Shown piece by piece: positions 42,755 to 50,582 of a stretch of 50,582 bases of DNA. Below the pieces are notes generated by a model. That model saw only the letters and a list, made by a program, of their open reading frames with translations. It did not search any database and was not told where the DNA came from. How positions within the stretch are numbered: the stretch's first letter is position 1; each line of letters starts with the position of its first letter. The position numbers and the translations under genes were made by a program. Source of the DNA: a virus (Duplodnaviria > Caudoviricetes); the IMG/VR virus record IMGVR_UViG_3300044718_000018, positions 1 to 50,582 of that record. One strand, 5' to 3'.

Positions 42755-43750
42755 TTAAATCCAGTACGTCTGCATATCCCAGACTTTGGTTTTCATGGAA
42801 AGAGCTTTCAGTGGATCCATCTGCCAGCCTTGCTGAATGTATGGATCCCAGGTCGTCACCTTTGGCTGTGTGGTCTTATTGAGCAGATGAGTTACGCCGT
42901 TGATGGTCAGATTCAGGTTTGTCATGCTGCCGTCCGGATTTTCCACGAACTCGCTGATTAGTTGGATCCGCTTACCGGTGCCGAACATTGTCCGATCCAG
43001 CGGGATACCGGTATAGAACCAGTGGCCGGCTGAAATGTCGTAATAGCGCCATTGGTTTGAGACGATCGCACCGGTTACAGCGTCTTTGTCCTGTCCCAGA
43101 AGGGCTTGGATCCCTGCATTTCTACGCGTGAGGCTGATTGAATGTTCGAAGTTGGTTTCAATACCGGTCAGGTTCGGTAAATCCTCATCTGCCACTTCGA
43201 ACACTGTCACCTGAAAAGCGTGCTGCAATGGCACCGCTGATTCAGTGAAGTTCAAGCCCCAGATGTAATCATCGAACGGAGCAACCGGCGAGATTGCGTA
43301 ATCCGTGGATCCGTCCGCATTCTGAGTGATTGTCCATAGTCCGTGAGTCGCTGCGCTTGCGCCGCCGGTGTTCCCTGAGTTCCCAGGCTGAAACCATTGC
43401 AATATTGGCCGCGCATTGGGATCCGCGACATTCGGCAACCGGTGCAGACCGGTGTGACAATTAACCAGCTTCTGAAGCAGTGCGGATGGGGCTGCGGCCA
43501 ATTGCGATTGCAAAGCTGCTACCTGAGCTTTAGCGGCTGCCAATTGAGGCGTAAGGCTCGCTACCATCGCCTGTGCCGTTTCGTCATCCAAGTTCAGCGC
43601 CGTAATTGTGTTTTGGAGCGCGGCCACTTGCTGCTGCGCTTTCCCAAGCTGGTCAGTCAGGTCGGTAATCTGCGCGCCCCGAGCGTCATCTTGGGCGCTC
43701 TGCTGCGCTAGTGCTGCTGAAAAATCATTGAGGTTTTGAACTAAAGCCAT
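42755..43750 (-). CDS. coiled-coil plus beta-sandwich (lectin-like) protein
   Basis: About 90-aa Gln/Ala heptad N-terminus; Trp/Tyr-rich beta C-terminus ending Q.GWQMD. Confidence 0.75.
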   Translation of the reverse strand: MALVQNLNDFSAALAQQSAQDDARGAQITDLTDQLGKAQQQVAALQNTITALNLDDETAQAMVASLTPQLAAAKAQVAALQSQLAAAPSALLQKLVNCHTGLHRLPNVADPNARPILQWFQPGNSGNTGGASAATHGLWTITQNADGSTDYAISPVAPFDDYIWGLNFTESAVPLQHAFQVTVFEVADEDLPNLTGIETNFEHSISLTRRNAGIQALLGQDKDAVTGAIVSNQWRYYDISAGHWFYTGIPLDRTMFGTGKRIQLISEFVENPDGSMTNLNLTINGVTHLLNKTTQPKVTTWDPYIQQGWQMDPLKALSMKTKVWDMQTYWI

Positions 43751-43751
43751 A

Positions 43752-43982
43752 TCAGTTTTGTATCCAGTATTCGACGCGCGGGTGATTCAGCGGCAGGTTG
43801 AAAAAGAGAAAGAATTGCTGCCTGTCTTCAACCCCAAACGCTTTGTAAAGCTGTACGGCCATTGCTTTTGTTGTCACTACCGATAAGCCGATCTCTTCCG
43901 CGATTGCTGCCATGCTGGGCTGAAGATCAGACTTCAGCAGCCGTGCAAGATGCTTTTCCTTTGGGCTCAGAGCCAGAGGCAT
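43752..43982 (-). CDS. stand-alone LuxR/GerE-like HTH protein
   Basis: LSPKE....LL...IAEEIGLS..T.K.....LYK.FGV..R. Confidence 0.7.
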   Translation of the reverse strand: MPLALSPKEKHLARLLKSDLQPSMAAIAEEIGLSVVTTKAMAVQLYKAFGVEDRQQFFLFFNLPLNHPRVEYWIQN

Positions 43983-44209
43983 TATTTCGGCACCGGCAGG
44001 AAGATCGGGACTAACTGCACACGCTTACACTCAAGTCCGGGCTGAAAGTTCGGCAACGGCTTACATTCGTTGAGGTTATAGTGCGCTGTTACCGGGCCCT
44101 GTATAGGCTGCAATGGCTTCTTGGCTGCGCAGCCGGTCACAGTTCCTATCGCGAGCACTGCCAGCCCGATTACGGCACCTGTGAGGGCATGTGTGACTGC
44201 CTCTCTCAC
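43982..44209 (-). CDS. small lipoprotein (o-spanin-like candidate)
   Basis: Hydrophobic signal, VTGC lipobox, Pro-rich, two extra Cys; GTG 44209 overlaps upstream TGA. Confidence 0.6.
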   Translation of the reverse strand: MREAVTHALTGAVIGLAVLAIGTVTGCAAKKPLQPIQGPVTAHYNLNECKPLPNFQPGLECKRVQLVPIFLPVPK

Positions 44210-44331
44210 GGAATCACCTGCCAACCCAGAGGCTTAGTTATCATCTGCCACACGCTTATGTCTGCTGCTGGCAAGCCCTTACGTTTGCAGTCTGCTACAT
44301 ATTCGAGATAGGCCCGTTCGTCGTGGCTCAT
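44206..44331 (-). CDS. small hypothetical protein (MSHDERAYLEYVADC..., 41 aa), not in ORF track
   Basis: ATGA and GTGA coupling on both sides. Confidence 0.6.
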   Translation of the reverse strand: MSHDERAYLEYVADCKRKGLPAADISVWQMITKPLGWQVIP

Positions 44332-44660
44332 AGTTCAAACTGCTGCATCCGGTCAAAGTTACTCAGCCTGCGGAATCGCGGCATGGTTGGAAGCTTATTG
44401 GGGTCTTCAAAGCGCACGCCCAGCCGTCGGTCGATTACTGGCGGCATGTCCACAGGGATGTAGATTGTGGGCGCAGGCTGGCGCTCTACGTGGTTGCGTG
44501 GTGCCATGGCGCGAACGTCCACCATTTGCAGCAGCACGTTTTCAATAATCCAGAAGGCCTTCATCTGCCGGACAAGGCTCTGCCCTCCGGAGCGTTTTAT
44601 TCTCCGCGCTGGCTTATCTGTAGGATTTTGAGAGGCTTCTAAGACGTTGCAGTTAGCCAT
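44328..44660 (-). CDS. hypothetical protein
   Basis: 110-aa ORF in operon orientation. Confidence 0.6.
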   Translation of the reverse strand: MANCNVLEASQNPTDKPARRIKRSGGQSLVRQMKAFWIIENVLLQMVDVRAMAPRNHVERQPAPTIYIPVDMPPVIDRRLGVRFEDPNKLPTMPRFRRLSNFDRMQQFEL

Positions 44661-44684
44661 GGATGGAATTGTCCGCTGGCAGCA

Positions 44685-44939
44685 TCAGTTACCAGCGGGT
44701 GACGCATCATTGTTCGGGGCATATCCGTCAGAAGTAATCATCCGTTTCGCTTCAAGTACTCGCTGATACCCGAGCATCGCCTGAATGTCGGTCACTCTCG
44801 CCTTCTGCCGGTTGAGTGACATGTAAACCATCGGAATTGCCGCCCCTTCTTTGGGGTATTTCAAACTTTTGGCGACACTTACCCTACCCGTTACCGGGTC
44901 TACCCGCTTTATTCTGTGCGGTGCAGATATTGCTTTCAA
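44685..44939 (-). CDS. hypothetical protein, first gene after putative late promoter
   Basis: TTG start; AAAGG RBS lies within a hairpin. Confidence 0.55.
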   Translation of the reverse strand: MKAISAPHRIKRVDPVTGRVSVAKSLKYPKEGAAIPMVYMSLNRQKARVTDIQAMLGYQRVLEAKRMITSDGYAPNNDASPAGN

Positions 44940-44999
44940 GCGCGGAACCTTTTACAGTCCCGCGCCCCTGAGTTCAGATCAAAGGAATGAGATGAGACA

Positions 45000-45049
45000 A
45001 CTATAGGCAGGTACTTAGAAAATGCAATAGAGTTACGTAACAAACGTTT
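45000..45049 (-). promoter_or_regulatory. promoter (TTGCAT-16-TATAGT) with adjacent palindromes GTTACGTAAC and AAACGTTT
   Basis: -35 at 45027-45022, -10 at 45005-45000; palindromes at 45032-45041 and 45042-45049. Confidence 0.55.
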
Positions 45050-45059
45050 CTCGTGGAAC

Positions 45060-45245
45060 CTATTCGGCGGGTACAGAGTTCTTTTCGCGGCGCAGCATGT
45101 GGTTTATGACCGCCGCCATTGATACCTTGGCCTGAGCTGCCAACCGATAGAGAATGTCATAGTTCTCAGTCGTGAGTAGGCATTCAAAGCGCGCCTTTTC
45201 TGCACGCTTACCTTGGCGGCGAACCTTTTCCGGCTTCTCGCTCAT
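45060..45245 (-). CDS. ribbon-helix-helix (Arc-like) regulator
   Basis: AGGAG RBS; RFECLLT.E.Y..L..LA.....SMAAVI..ML. Confidence 0.7.
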   Translation of the reverse strand: MSEKPEKVRRQGKRAEKARFECLLTTENYDILYRLAAQAKVSMAAVINHMLRREKNSVPAE

Positions 45246-45343
45246 ACTCGATACTCCTAAGGCTAAAATCGAAAAACTGTACAAAATGCATATTTGCAAC
45301 ATTTTTGGTACTTTAGCCCTTCATACCCTGTACTCCCTCACGG

Positions 45344-45736
45344 TCAAACTTCTTTAATTTCAATGCCATGGATGGCCTTCATTAGTTTGCGTTTTAGGCG
45401 ATATGCCGGAGTTTTGAAGCCCTTGGAATCTTCAATCACTTTTCGGACTTTGCCCACATCCGCCGTTTCGATGATGTTGCCGCGTATGATTACTTTCAGC
45501 GTTTTGCCATCGACATGCACCCAATAAGAGAAGTCTGCCTCATAGGTGCAAATCAGTTCGCCATTGACCGCTAGAGGCCAGCGCAACTGCTTTTTGTCAT
45601 ACACCAGCCCAGCGATCTGACCGGCGCGCTCCAGCAGCTTCAAATCCTGGTAACGTTTTGCTTCCCGCTTGCTGGCGAAGCGAATCCCGTCCACCACGGT
45701 TGGCACTGCTCGATATTTGCTGCGGTTAGAGGGCAT
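45344..45736 (-). CDS. DUF1064-family PD-(D/E)XK nuclease
   Basis: SKY.A....VDGIRFASKREA.RY..L, YEADF.Y, IEDSKG.KT..YRLKRKL. Confidence 0.9.
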   Translation of the reverse strand: MPSNRSKYRAVPTVVDGIRFASKREAKRYQDLKLLERAGQIAGLVYDKKQLRWPLAVNGELICTYEADFSYWVHVDGKTLKVIIRGNIIETADVGKVRKVIEDSKGFKTPAYRLKRKLMKAIHGIEIKEV

Positions 45737-45995
45737 AGGCTCCTTCGTCTAGGTCGAGGCAATCAAGAGCACATTATCCGCCTCTGGTTGTATCCAGAAC
45801 GCCATATAAAACGCCGTGGGGAGTTTTGCAGTACATGCAGCGCATCACTGCCGAATCGGTGTCCGCCAGATCGACAACTATCTCGCCGATACTCTGATAT
45901 GCCTCTCCAAATGCAGGGCAGCACTTCGCCCATTCCGGCAAATGCTCAAGCGCTTTTGGCCTGGCCTTCACAAGCTTCCGCGTCTCAGTGGGCAT
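45726..45995 (-). pseudogene. hypothetical gene with probable premature TAA at 45776-45774
   Basis: Frame continues CALDCLDLDEGAYAL* after the stop and ends overlapping the next start. Confidence 0.5.
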
Positions 45996-46299
45996 CCGTG
46001 GCCTCCCGTTGATTCGCAATTTCCAGCAGCACATCTGCATGGCACGGCTGCCCGATTGGGCACCAGCACGCAAGGTCTTTGCCGCGCAGTTTCTCCCGTA
46101 TGTACCCATGCTGATGGGGCTCTCGCCACATGCTGCGGAACCCATCTACTGCTTCTTGAGCAGTCGCCACCACTCCCAATCCCGTTCCCGGAGTTCCTAC
46201 TACATAGCGATTGCCCCAGACTGTGGGCCTGCCAACGTAGACCGCGTTATCTGGCATCTTCCAGCCCTTCGTTCGTTTGCGCTGAATCCTAGTGGGCAT
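45985..46299 (-). CDS. DUF4326-family protein (second copy)
   Basis: YVGRPT.WGN, LRGKDLACWC...CHADVL. Confidence 0.9.
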   Translation of the reverse strand: MPTRIQRKRTKGWKMPDNAVYVGRPTVWGNRYVVGTPGTGLGVVATAQEAVDGFRSMWREPHQHGYIREKLRGKDLACWCPIGQPCHADVLLEIANQREATDAH

Positions 46300-47122
46300 G
46301 GGAGGGCTCCGCTGGCCACTGGCGTATTTGTAAGCCGGTTGGAAATTGCTTTATGTCGCCGCGTTTATCGGCTTTGCCGCCAAGTTGCTTCATGAAAAAT
46401 GGGGTTTTAGCCTCAATGCATTGTTCGGCAATTTGATGCGCCCATATCATTTCCATTGGCCGCGATTCAGAGCCGCTCTCGCCGCCGACCACGATCCAGT
46501 CAAGCATCCTTAGTCCGTCCAAATGGTCAACTGCGCCCGCAATAACTTTTCCGTCACGCTCCACATTGGCAAGTTGCTTCACCCGCCGGGAATGAGTTTG
46601 ATGCTTGTCCCATGCTGCCCACCTGAAAGTTATCGGGCCCAGCAATGGCTCTGCGCTGACCCACCGCACCGCCGCTGGGGTATTCAGAAGAATTGGGATG
46701 CGCTCATCCGCATACTCTTGATTCTCAGCGCTCACGCCCAGCCACACGTTTTTGTAGCCTTGGCCCCAATCTGCGGGAAGATGCTCAAGCACGCGATCAG
46801 GCCGCTTTGTGAGAATCTGATATGTGATCTGTGGAGTCGCCGCGATGATTTTCCACGCCTCTGCGCGCCATTCATCTGCCTGCTCAATGAAGAAATCGGA
46901 CCATGAGCACGTAAAGCAGAACTTGGGCTCATTGCCAGCCTTCACCCATTTCAGTGGATCATTGAACTTGGTTTTGGAGCGTGTCACCGTGCGCGGATCG
47001 CGGCCATAGCGCGCCATCTCGCGGTACATGTAGCAAAGTTTGCAGCCCGGCGAAACCTTCAGGCACCCATACCAGGGGTTCCATGTCGCCTCAGTCCATT
47101 CGATGTTTGATTTCTCAGCCAT
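46289..47122 (-). CDS. DUF5131 (gp37/gp68) radical-SAM-like protein
   Basis: IEWT..TWNP..GC.KVSPGC..CY, SD.F, LTKRP.R, WLGVS.E.Q, S.EPLLG, W..VGGESG, FFMKQ.G. Confidence 0.92.
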   Translation of the reverse strand: MAEKSNIEWTEATWNPWYGCLKVSPGCKLCYMYREMARYGRDPRTVTRSKTKFNDPLKWVKAGNEPKFCFTCSWSDFFIEQADEWRAEAWKIIAATPQITYQILTKRPDRVLEHLPADWGQGYKNVWLGVSAENQEYADERIPILLNTPAAVRWVSAEPLLGPITFRWAAWDKHQTHSRRVKQLANVERDGKVIAGAVDHLDGLRMLDWIVVGGESGSESRPMEMIWAHQIAEQCIEAKTPFFMKQLGGKADKRGDIKQFPTGLQIRQWPAEPSHAH

Positions 47123-47169
47123 TACCTTCCACCTTTCTCCCGCTCTCTAAAACTGGAATACCTCTTGGC

Positions 47170-49362
47170 TCACTGCGCTGCAAATAATCCGTGCTCATTC
47201 ACCATCTCTGCCGCCTTTAGGTTGGCCGTGGCCTCTTTCCAGTACGATTCCTTTAGCTCACATCCTATGAATTGCCGACCCATTTTCACTGCCTGGTAGC
47301 CTTCCGAGCCGATTCCCGCATATGGCGAGAAAACCGTATCGCCCTCATTCGTCCAAAGCCGGATGCCGCGCTCGATCACTTCTAGTTGCAGTGGGCAGAT
47401 GTGGCGCTCGTCTTCGTCCTCGCGCGCACCCTCTTTGTTGAGCGTGTTCGATGGGTTGATGTCCATCCAAACCGGCGAAGCGTAACGTTGCCAGACCTGG
47501 ACCGGGAAAGATTCGTTTGTGTTTGTCACGCGCTCAAGGTTTTCCCCTGGCTTGCGCATTGTCACCAGATAATCTGGTATCCCCTGGCGGCTCATACACG
47601 CGTCTTTCTTGAGTTGCTTGTGCAGCAGTCCTAGAGCCTTCGTGCGCTGCATTGCCGTAACCGGGTCTTTCCAGATACAGACTTCAGAATGGAAGATGAA
47701 TCCAACCTCTTTAAAAATGCGGATGAGTTCGCCGCGAAAGTCTGAAATTCCTATAACGCCATCCCGCTCTTTGGATGTGGGCAGGTTCATGCAATGAAAA
47801 CTCATCAGTCGCCCAGGCTTAAGGATGCGCAGCAATTCAGGGGCGAGAAAACGGAAGTGCTCATAAAATTCTGCGTGGGTCCGGCAGTTTCCCATGTCGC
47901 GCTCGCTCGCGGAATACGTGTACAGGCTGGCGAACGGCGGAGAATAAATCTGGTAATGCACTGAGTCCGTGCGTAGGTCTTTGATCTTCTCAACCGTATC
48001 CGCGCAGTGAAGTGTCCATGTTCGGCCAGCGGACATACGTGGAATGTAAATGTCTCCTTTTCTGCTCTGGCCGTGAATTTCTGCCTGATTCAAATCGTGC
48101 ATATTGTTGACCATCTCCTCTGCCATCTTTTGTGCGTCCGCTTCTTTCCGCTTGATATTGGCCACTACTTCGCCCTCGCCCGTGCTCGTCACGATGTAGC
48201 AGTCAACCGGCGACTTCTGCCCAAATCGCCAGCAACGCCTAATCGCCTGATAGAACTGCTCATAAGAATCAGAGAGTCCGAGAAAAACCACGTTATGACA
48301 CGATTGGAAGTTGAGGCCGAAGCCACAAATGGAAGGCTTGGAAACCAGCACGCGAATGTTCCCCTGCGCGAAATCCAGCATGGCCTTTTCTTTGAAGGCT
48401 GATGAATCAGAACCGCAAACCTCAACCGCGCCCGGTATCAACTTCGCCGCTGCATTCGATTCGCTATTAAGGTTTGTCCATATCAGCCATTGCTCGTCCG
48501 GCTTCATGGCGGCGATTCTGGCGACCTCGGCGGCCCGTTCATCGGTACTGCCTGACCGCGCTCTCTGGCGCTCTTGTAGCGTCACAGCAGGCAGGGCAAA
48601 CAATGCTCCCTCTGGTGCGCGGTCAACTTCTACGGTGCGTTCGTGAATGGTCAACTCAGGCAGAATGAAACCGGCATCGTCATACCCCAAATCAGAGGGC
48701 TTGCGAATCATCACAGCCCAGGAGCAAACCCACTTCCAGAAATCTTTTTGCGCGTGACCTTTGAGCCGCCATTTGGAAGTGTCCCCGCCATCATGCACAA
48801 AGAATGTGCTCAACATCTCCGTGCGCGTGAGATTTCCCAAAAACTCTGAGTGATTGCCAAGTTCCATGTAATCGTTTGGCGAAGGGGTTGCCGTGCATTC
48901 CAGCTTGTATTCTGTCGCATGGAAATCTTCAACGATGGCGTTTTTGAATTTACCTTCAAACGATTTCAGGATGCTGGATTCATCGAGCACTATGCCGGCG
49001 TAATCCGATGGCCGAAAGTGGTCAAGCATCTCGTAATTGGCGATCGTGATTTGAGCGTCAACCGACTGGCGCGCATAAACTACTTCAATGCCAAGCTTCT
49101 TGCCTTCGCGGACGGTCTGCGGGGCTACAGCCAGCGGAGCAAGGATTAATACCTTGCCCGGTATCTGGCGCGCCCATTCAAGCTGCATAAAGCTCTTGCC
49201 CAATCCGCAATCAGCGAAGATGGCCGCTCGGCCTTTGCGCAAGCACCAGCGCACAATATCCCGCTGCACAGGAAACAACATCGGATTGATTGGTCCAGGC
49301 TCAATGCCACTGGCCAACACGCGAATCCGTTTAGAGTCTAAAAATTGCTGGTACGCAACCAT
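47170..49362 (-). CDS. SF2 (SNF2-like) helicase fused to N4-C/N6-A DNA methyltransferase
   Basis: ADCGLGKS, DESS, TATP, QAIRRCWRFGQ; then YSPPF, HICPLQL, FSPYAGIGS (beta-class order). Confidence 0.9.
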   Translation of the reverse strand: MVAYQQFLDSKRIRVLASGIEPGPINPMLFPVQRDIVRWCLRKGRAAIFADCGLGKSFMQLEWARQIPGKVLILAPLAVAPQTVREGKKLGIEVVYARQSVDAQITIANYEMLDHFRPSDYAGIVLDESSILKSFEGKFKNAIVEDFHATEYKLECTATPSPNDYMELGNHSEFLGNLTRTEMLSTFFVHDGGDTSKWRLKGHAQKDFWKWVCSWAVMIRKPSDLGYDDAGFILPELTIHERTVEVDRAPEGALFALPAVTLQERQRARSGSTDERAAEVARIAAMKPDEQWLIWTNLNSESNAAAKLIPGAVEVCGSDSSAFKEKAMLDFAQGNIRVLVSKPSICGFGLNFQSCHNVVFLGLSDSYEQFYQAIRRCWRFGQKSPVDCYIVTSTGEGEVVANIKRKEADAQKMAEEMVNNMHDLNQAEIHGQSRKGDIYIPRMSAGRTWTLHCADTVEKIKDLRTDSVHYQIYSPPFASLYTYSASERDMGNCRTHAEFYEHFRFLAPELLRILKPGRLMSFHCMNLPTSKERDGVIGISDFRGELIRIFKEVGFIFHSEVCIWKDPVTAMQRTKALGLLHKQLKKDACMSRQGIPDYLVTMRKPGENLERVTNTNESFPVQVWQRYASPVWMDINPSNTLNKEGAREDEDERHICPLQLEVIERGIRLWTNEGDTVFSPYAGIGSEGYQAVKMGRQFIGCELKESYWKEATANLKAAEMVNEHGLFAAQ

Positions 49363-49508
49363 CTGCTGTTTTTCTCCCGCTCTCTCTGCACCACACACGC
49401 CGCACATGGGCAGTAAATAGCGTGCAACTCCACCATGGGCTCTCGCTGCTGGTCTTGTATCAGCGCTATCTCATCTAATTTCTGCTGCCCGTATGTTTCA
49501 AAGCTCAT
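49338..49508 (-). CDS. small hypothetical protein (MSFETYGQQKLDE...H...CPCAAC, 56 aa), not in ORF track
   Basis: ATGA coupling; manual translation. Confidence 0.55.
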   Translation of the reverse strand: MSFETYGQQKLDEIALIQDQQREPMVELHAIYCPCAACVVQREREKNSRWLRTSNF

Positions 49509-49687
49509 GCGTGTTTCGCCGCTCCGCCTTTAACCTGCGCCAGCGTCCAATGCCCGTCAATGTCTTTGGTTTTTATCGCTCCACATTGGCAGCGATAGAG
49601 AACCGTTGTGACCAAGCCGCCAAATATCTGATAGGTGTAGGGCTCAGCAGCCGCAATCTCCCATTTGTGAAAGTGAAACCATTTCAT
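49505..49687 (-). CDS. small Zn-ribbon protein (H.H.W...C.CG)
   Basis: GAAGG RBS; HFHKW...RCQCG. Confidence 0.7.
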   Translation of the reverse strand: MKWFHFHKWEIAAAEPYTYQIFGGLVTTVLYRCQCGAIKTKDIDGHWTLAQVKGGAAKHA

Positions 49688-49710
49688 AAGACCTTCTCTC
49701 CTGTGCCCCT

Positions 49711-49935
49711 CTATCTCGCTCCCGCTGCCCGCCCGCGTATTCTGTTCATGGCCCTGTAAACCGTGGTCGGGTCTCTGCCTAAGTCCTCAGCGGCCTTGTA
49801 ATAGCTGCCGCCGCATCTCTGAATTGCTGCTAGAAAGAACTGTCTCTCCATCAGGTTGAGCATTTCATCCATCGGCATATGTGCTGAATGTGCCGCTATT
49901 TCCAATTCACGAAGTTTCTGTTGTATGGCATCCAT
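49711..49935 (-). CDS. Fis-like HTH protein
   Basis: AGGAG RBS before ATG 49935; ERQF..AA...CGG....AA..LG....TVYR. Confidence 0.8.
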   Translation of the reverse strand: MDAIQQKLRELEIAAHSAHMPMDEMLNLMERQFFLAAIQRCGGSYYKAAEDLGRDPTTVYRAMNRIRGRAAGAR

Positions 49936-49963
49936 GGCTGGTGGACTCCTGTTTTGGTTTTTG

Positions 49964-50554
49964 TTACTGGATTCCTTTCGCTTCCAAGTCGGCCTTCTGG
50001 CGCTCAAGTTCAACCTGCCGCCGCCGGTGGTCAGCCTCTGATTGCTCCTGCCTGGGTGGGAATCCTTTGGCCGCTATCCCGATGCCTGTTTTGGCAGCAA
50101 CCCGTTTCAGCAATTCCGCCGGCTCAATTTGTGCCGCTGGCAATGCCTTTTGCTCTGGCTTAAACTTCTGGCCTTCATATTCGATTGCCACGCAATAGCA
50201 ATCTGTCACCCGCTGCGCTTTCTGGCCTTCGTGGATCAAGCTATCCACCAGGATCGTGCGGAATCCAGAACCTGAACAATCTGGGCAGTCCGGATTTTTC
50301 ACCTTGCGCGGTTTGTCTGTGGCTTCTGGCGCATTGGCGATGATGTCCGCTGGTGTAGGCTTAAAACTTCCGCGCTCTGATTTCATGTACAAGAGCAGAC
50401 CTTCACGTATTTGTTGCGGACTTTGCTCCTTGAGGGCTTCCTTCCAAAACGACACCAGCCCCGGTGTTAGTTCCACTCCGTTGTACGTTTGGCTCACAAT
50501 GTCCAGCAGGTGCGCAATCGCCCTGGCCTGTGAGTCCAAGTACAATTGCTTCAC
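49964..50554 (-). CDS. replication-associated protein (helicase loader/inhibitor-like N-terminus plus Zn ribbon)
   Basis: W...L........GL..Y......F.PTPADI; CPDCSGSG...C.C. Confidence 0.65.
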   Translation of the reverse strand: MKQLYLDSQARAIAHLLDIVSQTYNGVELTPGLVSFWKEALKEQSPQQIREGLLLYMKSERGSFKPTPADIIANAPEATDKPRKVKNPDCPDCSGSGFRTILVDSLIHEGQKAQRVTDCYCVAIEYEGQKFKPEQKALPAAQIEPAELLKRVAAKTGIGIAAKGFPPRQEQSEADHRRRQVELERQKADLEAKGIQ

Positions 50555-50582
50555 GGTTACGATTGAGTTTTTCCCCTGCGGC

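Noticed and set aside
45774-45776. Stop-codon reassignment
   Set aside because: TAA, TAG and TGA all terminate conserved genes normally, and long genes are uninterrupted in code 11.
1-50582. Integrase, att sites, CI repressor, tRNAs, host genes
   Set aside because: None recognised. The window ends before the divergent control region, so temperate lifestyle and prophage status cannot be confirmed here.

Overview
Most of a tailed-phage (siphovirus-type) genome, about 50 kb, read in standard genetic code 11. The left arm (1-11.3 kb, + strand) is a dense array of small accessory genes, including a short C5-cytosine methyltransferase, an HNH nuclease, DUF4326 and Ead/Ea22-like mosaics. It converges on a long minus-strand block. 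Reading from the right end, that block holds a replication-associated gene, a Fis-like HTH, a helicase-methyltransferase fusion, DUF5131, DUF4326, DUF1064, a lysis region (DUF5675 endolysin candidate, DUF900-like hydrolase, holin and lipoprotein candidates), terminase, portal, minor head, protease/scaffold, capsid, neck, tail tube, a -1 frameshifted tail chaperone, tape measure, a GTA-like tail tip (DUF2460, DUF2163, NlpC/P60, large tip protein) and a tail fibre. A moron-like island at about 11.7-16.1 kb carries a toxin-antitoxin pair, an RHH regulator and several exported proteins. No integrase, immunity repressor, tRNA or CRISPR array was seen; both ends point away from a missing divergent control region. 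An Acidobacteriota-like host is an inference only. Highlights: (i) a tail fibre with an apparent Sec signal peptide and six consecutive Cys pairs; (ii) an unannotated secreted 46-aa Pro/Cys peptide directly upstream of a ~7-TM protein, a candidate peptide-signalling pair; (iii) two structured non-coding RNA candidates in the lysis region; (iv) accessory genes and domains bounded by 9-15 bp direct repeats; (v) several small ORFs and CTG starts missed by the ORF track. All family names come from motif recognition by eye, not from database searches.
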